A program made the translations under genes and the position numbers. This document shows positions 37,627 through 48,000 of a stretch of 64,000 nt of DNA, in pieces; within the stretch, counting starts at the first letter, position 1, and each line of letters begins with the position of its first letter. The notes beneath the pieces were generated by a model. That model ran no database searches. It had not been told where the DNA came from and worked only from the letters and a program-made list of their open reading frames with translations. The stretch is from Zygnema circumcarinatum SAG 698-1b (taxonomy: Eukaryota > Plantae > Zygnematophyceae). The DNA lies in contig CM074806.1 of NCBI GenBank assembly GCA_037447605.1, positions 4,712,001-4,776,000 on the forward strand. Direction: 5' to 3'.

Positions 37627-40329
37627 CCTTGTTTAACAAATAAGGACCTTAAGAAGTATGGTTTAGAAAGGTGGGCCGTGCCTCCGTCCGTTAGCTGACG
37701 TTTTAGGGAAAAAACGGTGAGAAAGAAATCAGCGATATGAGTGTTCTGATACTGAGGTGTCAGAGAAGCCCAAGTTCCATAGTGGGTCTCAGTGCCCATT
37801 TTTTTGAGATTTATTGTTTGGAATTTCCCTTCCAGATTTGGTTTATCAGATTCTTTAGTCAGGGCTTACACTTTTACGTCACTCGTGGTTTTTTCCTTGT
37901 CACCAACCATAGATCAGTTAAGTATCATTTCTAAAGTGGTTCTATCGTTCGTTAGAAAGAGTAATCGCAGCAGACTGGATTTTGTAGAGCTCAAAAAGCC
38001 AAATGCTGTTATGCGCACCGTTTCAGAAACACTGAAACCACACTTGAAATTGGTGGTTTCCACCGATTGGAAGATAACCACCATGGGCCATGCATGGCCA
38101 TGATCCATGGCATTCAGTTCCGTGCTTTCCTTGTATAATCTGTGTCTGCTTCGTATCCTCTTCTCTCTTGTTCCCCTCTAAAAACGTCCTTTGCTGACCC
38201 CGCTCCACACCTTTTCTGCTGCCTCCTCCGCTCTCTGCCTCCTTCCCTCCTTCCAGTTCTCCGTTGGGAAAAGGGAAAAATGGAAGGGTGGACACTATTT
38301 AATCAATAGATTAACCAGGTATTTTCCTTAGGCTCCACACGTGCTTGCTCTTATCTTCTTATAGAGTTCATCCCTCCAGCGTTTCACAGTCACGTTATGT
38401 CACCCCACCACATGCATGTCATCATCTCCATCGTCAACATTGTCAACATTATTAACATTATCATCATCGCATTCTTACCGCCAGATGTGCAAATTGCCCA
38501 CACTGAAGCGTGGGCAAGCTCTAAGAGCCAATTGAACATGAACGCACCAACTTTTATGCACAATGTTCTCATCAGGCAGAGCACGGTTTTTCAGTCCCGA
38601 GACACATGCTATACTTCCATGCAGCAAGAGATGGTATGCCGGAAACCTCAAGCCCGGAAACTCATTTTTTTTTGTCAGAGCCAAGCTGACTATTGACTGG
38701 TCCAATTGAGACATTTATTTATTTAACTAAAACAACATGGCCCTCTTCCTGTTTGGTGGATTGTTTGTGCAAAACGATGAACGTTGTTCGTGATGGTGCC
38801 GAGGTATAAGCCATAGACACCGCTCTGTCAAAGACAGCCTATGGTCACTTGTCAAAGTCTTCATTACAATCACCTCATATCTGCTGAAGTAGATTCTGCG
38901 CTGAAAGTTCAGCTTGGGCAAACTGTACTGTTTTCTGTTGTTTCACATATCTTCATCAGTCAACAAGTGCCGTTTACATTTGTTAATTGCTGAACTACGG
39001 ACCTGGGATTTAGGAATACTAAGATGACATCGGCAAAAACTCGGTTTTTACCAACTGGTATTTTGTTCGTTCCCGTGCACTCACGGCTACAACCAAGCGA
39101 TGTCAATGTAATTCATGTCGATGTGACATTACTACTGTCAGTCTCCAATCTGTGACCGAATCGGCGTAAGCTATTTACTTGTGACAAGTGGCCAACAACG
39201 ATTACCAACGGTAGCAACAATTACTATGCTAAACTACGGGAACGGCAATGACTTAACTTTGCACTAAAATATCCTCGATGGAATTCCAGCGTGAATTTCA
39301 ACTCAGAAAAAATACTTGCTGAGTTGTTTTTTCGGCTGGCTTTGTTATTTTTTGCACGTTTTACAAGATCCCCACTCCCTCATACCCCGTAACGAGTGGG
39401 CAACGCTATCAGAGGAACATAGAACGTATGACGGTTACATCATGACAACAAATACAGCTTTTCCACTCATAATGTCGATCTTTCATTTTCAGTTGTAAAC
39501 TGTGTTCCATCCGGTGTTCAAAGACGCATTGCTTTTCCATTCAAAAAGACATTGAGTCGGTACAGCCTCCCCCTCACACCCTCCCCGTCTCCAAAACCCT
39601 AGAATCTAGTGTTCATGGTGTGCGGTAAGAGCAAGGGAGGGGGAGACGAGGGAGGTCAAACCGGCCCCGGGAGAGGGGACGGGAGAAGAGGAGAAACAGA
39701 GAGGGAGAGGAAGAGGGAGAAAAATGGTATATAATTGAAGGCATAGATGAGGAGTGAAGGGGAAAAAAAGAGGACGGAGGAAACAAATAAAGTGGAAAGG
39801 TAATATAATGGAATGAGTATGCAGGGTGTACTAAGCGGAGACTTAGGCCAAGCGAGGCGCAACGGGCAGGTGAGTACCTATCTCTCTCTTCCCACATCGA
39901 TTCCAAAAATTTCCTCAGGTGTGGAAGCAGGAGAATTTTGGGGCAAAACGCACAGAATGTGAAAGAAATGACGAGAGACAAATAGAGGGAGGGAGAGAAG
40001 GATGAAAAACCAACCGGAAAACCAACCGGAAAACCAAAGGTGGAGCCTATGAAAGTGAGAACCCATAAGGTTTAGCTCTGCAAACTCTGACGAATCCAGT
40101 TTCGAGCAGGCTCTCTCAAAGAAAGGAGAGGGCAAGTTATCATATCCACACTAAAGAAAATTTGGATAAAATATGCAAAACATTTGAGGCTCCGTACATT
40201 CCATGTGTTGCCATGTGGTCTGCTAAGACCGTCTGTGCATGCATTATCCTTCAAACTATGTCTAAGCTTTCCTCTCAAGTACCTACAAAATGGACAATTA
40301 AGAGCTTCCACGCTCCGATAGAGCTGCCT

Positions 40330-43300
40330 TTAAACCAGTACCTTCGAGATGACGCCAGCTCCGACAGTGCGTCCGCCCTCTCTGATCGCAAACCGCATCT
40401 TGTCCTCCAAAGCAATAGGCTGGATGAGCTCCACTGTCATCTTCACACGATCTCCAGGCATAACCATCTTCGTCTCTTCACCCTTGTCAGTGGTCACCTG
40501 AACAACACAATTCTTCCAGTTTTGGTTGGTCTCAAGATACTGGTGACTCGTTGCAGCAGATCGTTTCCATATTCCTCACTAATGGTTCACCTGAATTTGA
40601 CTGCCTATCTCCTCCAATACAGAAGGACCACAGGGAGCTAGAGCTAGAGATTATCAACGCCTTTCAGGCTCAACAATTCCTCAGAGGAAGAATCGTTTTT
40701 TCCTGAGAGTCCTGCGAGAGGCTAATGACATCCACTGAAGGCCTGCAAACGTAGAAACTCACTAAGCGAATATTGTAACTTCTGGCTCTGGATTGTGATG
40801 TGTTGGAAAGGAGACTCACCTCTGCAACATTGCCGGTAACATCTGTAGTGCGCATGTAGAACTGTGGTCGGTAGCCTGTGAAGAACGGCGAGTGACGGCC
40901 ACCCTCTTCCTTCTTCAGAATATAAACGGAGGCTTCAAATTTAGAATGTGGCTTGATGGAACCGGGCTTCGCCAAAACCATTCCTCGCTGCAACAATATC
41001 GCATGCCAGAATATTAGTCACAATTAAGGAGTCACGCCCGGAAAAAAGTCAACGTGTAAGGGACGGAGGACCCACAGACACCTTAAGAGCGCTTCAATCA
41101 TTGACATTCAACCCTGCAGGGAGTTGACAGTGCTTTGCCTACCTTCGCTACAGAAAGTAATAGACAATGAGAAGAAGCATTGTAATTGGCACCTTAGGTT
41201 TCAGTGACAACATACCAATAAACTCAGAAACCAGTCAAGTCATGCTTGTCACTCAAAACACATTCAGTTCCCCACAAACAATCATTCAGATTCACAAAGG
41301 CAGTCCTTCGAATGACCTCCATACCTATACAGAAGCATCCACAAGCCAGTTAGCAGAGCATTTTCCCAAAAATAAGTTTTTTTCACAAAGCTCTATTCAA
41401 CACGTGCCTTGCAATATGTAAAGCACGGCACACAACGTATCGCAAGCAACAGAAAGAACCAACATCTCCACAGTATTCACCAGGGCTCTATATCTCCAAC
41501 AGGAGAATCATTCTCACCTGGATGTCAGCCTTTTGAATACCTCGCAACAGCATGCCGCAGTTATCACCCGCCATACTTTCATCAAGAGTCTTCTGGAACA
41601 TTTCCAATCCTGTAACAATAGTCGTCCTGGTCTCTCTCAAGCCAATAACCTCAACATTATCACCAACCTGCAAAATATCCAAAACAGGCAAGTTAATTTC
41701 CCATGACATGAAAAGAAACAAACCCTCGTCTAAGAATGTACATCCTTAAACTTCACGATTGATCGACACATACGATACTGTTCGCAAGATGCCGAACTAT
41801 TCTGCTCTTAAGAGGACAAAAAAGTCCCACATAAAACTACAACCGCCAGAAAATTTCAGAAATTTCCTCAGCATTTGAGTATCTTACAGAGCCTCTGAGG
41901 CCACCACTTAAAACAATTTCGGAAAGACTACAAAAACAGGACGCACTTGCTGTCCTGCCCACTCAACCAAAGAGTCCACTCGTGTACAACCGTTTAAAAT
42001 GCAGACTTTCTGTTCGAACCCCTTTCCCTATGTCAAAACATGAAACACTGCCTCGCGAAGGATGGAAACTCCAGCTAGCCCACCTTCACGATACCACGCT
42101 CCACACGGCCAGTGGCCACAGTTCCACGACCGGTGATAGAGAACACGTCTTCAACAGCCATAAGGAAAGGCAAGTCAACAGCCCGAACTGGGATAGGAAT
42201 GTAGTCATCAACAGTGTCCATCAGTTGGTAAATCTTATCCACCCACTTGTCCTCCCCTCGCTTAATCTTGGGGTTCTCAGTCAGCTTTTCCAAAGCCAGG
42301 AGCGCGGAACCCGTAGTGATGGGAATGTCATCACCAGGAAATTCATATACGCTCAGCACTTCCCTCACCTCCATCTCCACCTGCAAAGAAACACATAGTC
42401 ACATCCATGAGAAAGACTTACAACCTGTCCAATCACCCGGTCAGAGGTACGGACATAGCAGCATTTGTGGTCCTGAGGGCAAAAAACTTCCCCTCCGCTA
42501 CAGTAGCAGCCCTGGCAAGTTCGTAGACAATTCAGACGATTCGGAAAGGAGAACAAAAGGAGCTTCCACAATCATTGACAAAAAAGCTCATCCTCGTAGT
42601 CCACCCAAACAGACCTTTCTGAACACACATGTTAAATAGATTTTACAGGGCTCTGCAGTTTGTTACTCACCAACTCCAACAGCTCTGCGTCATCAACCTG
42701 ATCCTCCTTGTTCAAGAACACGACCATACCGGGCACACCAACCTGCACAAACCAACAAAAAGAGCCCCACTCTTACCACTGTTCAATACAGTGGATAAAC
42801 ATAACACTGTACCCCCCCCTCTCCGCACAACCACGAGAATTGAGAAAGCAACAAGGTGGCTCACCTGTTTGGCCAGCAAAATGTGCTCTTTAGTTTGAGG
42901 CATGGGACCATCGGCCCCTGATACGACCAAAATTGCACCGTCCATCTGTGCGGCTCCAGTGATCATGTTCTTCACATAATCAGCATGTCCAGGGCAGTCC
43001 ACATGAGCATAATGCCGGGACTCGGTCTCGTACTCCACATGGGCAGTGTTGATTGTGATTCCACGCGCTCTTTCCTCAGGAGCAGCATCAATTTCATCAT
43101 ACCTGTACCACGCTCCAACGAATCAACTAACACCCATTAAAATCTAATCCAACTGATGGCCTTCATCACTCGAGACCTAAGTCTATAATCCTCACGAGAC
43201 ATGTTGCTAAGGTCTGGTGTGCCCAGTTAATAGCAGTTCAAAAACTTGAATGCTGCATTGTTACGAGAAACTGCAACAACAATAATAAAACCACGCCAAA

Positions 43301-43850
43301 TTCCCTGCCACAATATCACACCACAACTGACGCAAAATATTTGCTTCAAGCTTCAATCAAACAAAAATATACGACGGAAGCCTTCATAATCACTCCAAAC
43401 CGCAGCAAAGTCAGCTAACTACGTCCGGCCTTACCGCGCCCTTCCCTTACCTCCACCACATTCGTCTTAACCTTACACAGGACATTGCAACCTTCGACAC
43501 CATGCACGAGTCCAAGACTTCACCAAACTCCGCAGACCGACTGACCTCTTTGCCACGCCGCCGGATGCAACGGCCAAAGCCGTCGTGATTGCGGCAGTCA
43601 ATGTCGTCTTTCCGTGATCGACGTGTCCAATGGTTCCAATATTCACATGAGGCTTCTTCCTCTCAAACTTCTCACGAGCTGCTCTAATGACGGTAGCTCC
43701 TCGCGAAGATGAGCTGCTGCTGCTGGGCGCAGGACTCGCGAAGCTGATCCGCTGCGAAAGATCCTTCTGCAAGAAGGCACTCCCGAGCTTTCCATTCTCC
43801 CGCAACACCACCACCTTCGGGACCACCACTCCTGCAGTCATTGTGGCCAT
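40330..43850 (-). CDS. tufA: Nucleus-encoded plastid elongation factor Tu with transit peptide
   Basis: Exons 43850-43546, 43102-42865, 42742-42671, ~42380-42084, ~41667-41518, ~40987-40820 and ~40497-40330. Motifs [49 protein letters not shown] and [10 protein letters not shown]. The N-terminal [12 protein letters not shown]...SSSSSSR is a transit peptide. Confidence 0.97.
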
Positions 43851-44440
43851 GGCGCTGTGTGCTTACTCCTTCTCTCTACGAGCCGCAGAATGGTCCTCTT
43901 CACAGCAGCGACAGAGAGAGGGAGAAAGAGAGGAACGCACACTTGGAACCGCTTCTCAAATCGGCTAAGGAAATCGATTGCAGGCGATAAGGGCGCCGCA
44001 CAACGTGACGTCACGATAACATCCAGCCGTCCATTTTTATCGAATCAAGAAATGTGACAAACGTGGGCCGTCCGATCTCTTGGAAGCGGGCGGGCGACAG
44101 ACGGGCCGTGCGACCCGTGGGCGACCGGTGAAACTACTGGCGCGGGGCTGCCGACGTGGCGGGCTGAACCCCACTAAGAAGGCGGGAGCTGAGGACGACG
44201 TGGCCTCAGGAGGACCGTCCGATGAAGATCCGTTGGTTGGTTCACGGGAGCGCGGGCGTGATCGGACGGTCAGGATTGGCCAGCCGACGTTTCCGGCCAG
44301 GAGAGGAATTTGGGGGTACTGAGGGCTTGATTCAGTTGATTGGTGCAAGTTGGCTAGGTAGAAAACCTGGTTTTTTAAAATTGCAAACTTGGAGGGGGAT
44401 TATAGGGGAATAGGAGGAGCTAAGGCCTTTCAGATTGTTG

Positions 44441-44575
44441 TTGTGCCTAGGCGTAGTTTTCCGCTCCTAGCTTCGTTTTATTGTGTTTCGGTCCTTTGTG
44501 ACCAGTCCTTCGTGGTTCCACATTTTGCCTTTATCCATGTAAATTTGATGGCCTCGCCATCGCGAGTTCAATGAA
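44441..44575 (+). repeat. Dispersed 135-bp repeat, copy C (in the divergent tufA/TSR1 intergenic)
   Basis: It is 133/135 identical to the reverse complement of copy A and is flanked by the direct repeat CTTTCAGATTG (44427-37, 44589-99). Confidence 0.9.
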
Positions 44576-44978
44576 AGTTTGCATCCATCTTTCAGATTGA
44601 GATCGAGTTGGACTGGATCCATACGAGTACAGTATCACGAGTTTGCCCTTCATGACGTCAGCTGATGCTGAAATATGTTGATTTCTCTTTCTCTGTCAGC
44701 AATAATAAGCTGCTGGCGAACGGCCATTTGCCAGTTCTACGGCTAACTGTAACTGATCGCCACTTCACCTCGTTCAGTCCCTTTGCTCTGACCGCTCAAC
44801 AAGAACTTTAACTGAAAGGGAGCCGTTATTCGTACCGTACGGTGCTCCCCTCCCTTCCTGCTCGCCCCCGCACGTGCGAGCTCGGCCGACTGTGAAGGCG
44901 CCGCCGCTCTCTCCCTCCTGCCAGGTGTTGCCCCTCTTAGTGTTGGTGGGGCTGGGGCCAGGCTCGCTAGGGTGGAAA

Positions 44979-45046
44979 TTAGGGTTAGGGTTAGGGTTAG
45001 GGTTACGGTTAGGGTTAGGGTTAGGGCTAGGGCTGAGGGGTTAGGG
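44979..45046 (+). repeat. (TTAGGG)n telomere-type array directly upstream of the TSR1 ATG
   Basis: Units: TTAGGGx4, TTACGG, TTAGGGx3, CTAGGG, CTGAGGGG, TTAGGG. It ends 11 nt before ATG 45058. Confidence 0.92.
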
Positions 45047-45057
45047 TCCGCGTCGCC

Positions 45058-48000
45058 ATGGCGGGGGGGAGGACTCAGAAGAACAAGGAGCACAAGACGC
45101 GCTTTTCGTCCAAGAGTCAGCGGACAAAACACAAGATTGAGAGAGGTAAGAGCCGCAGAAGCACTGCCTTTTGCTCTCTCCGTAGTCGCCTCTTATCAAT
45201 TCTAATCGTAATGCTGAGCTGAAGTCTAATTCAACCCCTTGAGTTAGCTCTGACTCCAATTCCAGCCTTGATATTAATTCGAATTCGAACATTTTATCTT
45301 TAGCCTGATCAAAATCTGCATCTTGCTTTATTTTTTACTTAGTCTGCTTCCAGTAGATGTGTTCCATTGTTCACTTTGTTTAAATTCGTCAAACGGTGGG
45401 ATACAAGTGCATGCATGCAAGGAACAAGCTTGCTATCCCCATCACCAACGCCATTGGGGCAAGGTCGTCCTATTCACTAGTGATGAGATTGAAACGTTTC
45501 TATTTGTGCTACCTTGCACTCAAAGGGACATTCGAATCGCCGCAGAAGGAAGGTTAATTAGATGAATTAGTCACTACTCCGGACACTGTGAAAGGCTGGT
45601 TAACCACGACGTAGGTCAAACAAGCGTAGAATGAAGGCAGCTAGAAGTCGTGGTGAATGTCAGTCCAGTGAAGGTGTGGCAGAGCAACAAAGGGGTGGGC
45701 GTGTCAAGCCCATTAAAGCATTTTTTGAAGTACGTTGTGGAATTTTTGGCTTAAATGCTCTCTTCTTACACGTTAATTGCACTTCTTGAGAGCAGAACAA
45801 GCTGGAGGACCTCTTAAAGGAAAGCAAGGCGGGCATATAGAGAAGTCGAAAGAGAAACGACTTCTCCGCAGTAAGCAGGTGAGTTAAGGGGTGGTTTTAA
45901 AGAGTCTGGCAGGCATAGTGGGAAAACTGGGAATTGTTGTTTGGTCTAGGGAATATCTTTTACTCCATGCACACCTGTCGGATGCTTATCCCTCTTCAGG
46001 TGGCCCCTACATTGTTCTTCATAATGTTCCTCTTGTCCCCATAAAATGTTCAGGTGAGGGACAACAAACGCGCGGAAGTTCTCGCAGAAAAGCGATCGTC
46101 GGGGGGGCCTTCAGCTCCGCCTCGCATTCTGGTAGGTCCTAGGCGGAGATGAAACGCTTCAATAAGGGAAATATCTATAGCAAAATCACCGCAAGCTTCT
46201 TAGAATATCGAATGGTCACTCCTCTCACTTGTATTTGAATACTTCTCGTCAGAAGGAAATATTTTGCATTGCAAAGAAAGTAGTTCGTGCTTCTCCCATC
46301 TGGCAAAGTAATCATTCCGGATTCTTTTTGCTGGGAAATTTACGTGGCAGGTCCTTATCGGTCTCTCCTCCCAAGTGAACCTCCCCCATTTGAAAGCAAC
46401 ACTTCTTGCGGCATGCCAGTCGTTAGATTCTGACAGAGAAACTGTTGACAGAACCGGAACGGAAGACATATCAATGGTAGAAGCAGAGGGGGGTGCTGAC
46501 AAGAAGGACAGCACAGCTGCTGCAGAAGAAGGTCCATTTGGGTGCACGACTGTGACTGTGCCTCGCTATAAGATGAGACTGACGGTAAGACTCTCAGCAA
46601 ATCTTATGTTAATGTTCAATGAGTGTGCTTTTCCATTTGTTTTGGCCTTGTCTTCCAAACCTATTCCAAAAATGTCCCAATTTCTTGCTTGCAGGTCTTT
46701 AGTGTGGACCGCGAAGACCTCCTCTCCTGCTTGGAAGCAATCAAGGTGCGTCACTCTGCCTGCATTCCCTCCCTCCTTGTCATTTCACCCTCCTCTTCCG
46801 ACCTACAAACCCTAGAGAGTCCCCTCTTTCTGAGTGGACCTATCCCCTGTGAGGTGTGCAGCTAGCAGATGTTATTGCCTTTGCCGTACCGGCTGTTCTA
46901 TCTCCTTCTGAGGGCTCCCCGGGAGCACATATCGACAAAGCCGGAAGTTTGATTCTCTCAATAGCGCGAGCACAGGGGCTGCCCTCTGTAGTGGGAATGG
47001 TCCAAGGACTGAAAGATGTCCCTCCAAAGCGTGAAGCAGATACAAAAAAGTCAGCTATTGGGGCTCTGACTGCACAGTTTCCGAGCGACTTTAAAGTCTT
47101 TCTGGGTGATTCTGTTGAAGATTGCCAGCAGGTGGGGGCATCTCCCTGGTTACCTCTCCCTTTCTTTACTCGTTCTACTTATTGCTTTTACGGTATGTCG
47201 ATTGTTGGGTTTGCAAACCCTTAGAATTGTTTTACTTTGGGTTGGAAAACTGCAGTGTCTACGCCACCTGTCAGAGCACCGACTTTCACCCCCAACATGG
47301 CGCTCACGGAGGCCATACGTTGCAGCACACCAGGTTTAAAGTTTTTTCATACAAGTTTGTATTCATGTTTATGTACTTATGTTGAAATATCTGTCTCCGC
47401 TCTATTTTTTGAACGTATTCATTGTGAACCGTTCTTCTGTATACTTTTTTTGGAGTTTTGATGATGCAGGTTGACTTTATCGAGAAGTCATCGGAGGAGG
47501 CGAGTGGGACACTTCGCGTGAGCGGGTATCTGAGAGGGAGGGGCATCTCTGTCAATCAGTTGGTAAAATTTCCATGCTTCATCTATGCATGTGATGCATC
47601 CCCTCCCCAAAGTGATCTTAACTGATGTTGGGAGAGGAATTCCCCTCCATGTAGATGTCGACTTCTTTACTTTGTCTACTTCCCTTGAAATCATTTTCAT
47701 TCTCTCCCCCTTGGCATCATTTCATAGGTCCACGTGGCAGGCCTGGGAGACTTCCAGCTGGGTCAAATTGACGGACCGGATGATCCATGTCCTCTTCGCA
47801 TTCGACAGCGACGGAACGGAGACGCAAACATGGAAGAGGTTGAAGATAGAGCAGTTGTGCTGGTGACTGCGAATCCTTCCTCACAAGAGCCCCTTGTGAG
47901 GGAAAATGCACCGGACCCCTTAGCAGGAGAGCAGGTATTGGATCGAACCATTCTAAATTCAAAACTCAAAACTTCAGTCCCTTCAAATTTCTGAAGTTTG

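Noticed and set aside
39600-40100. TATA-like TATATAA and GT/AG signals on the plus strand downstream of tufA
   Set aside because: No ORF follows; this is a purine-rich low-complexity stretch like other 3' flanks in the window.
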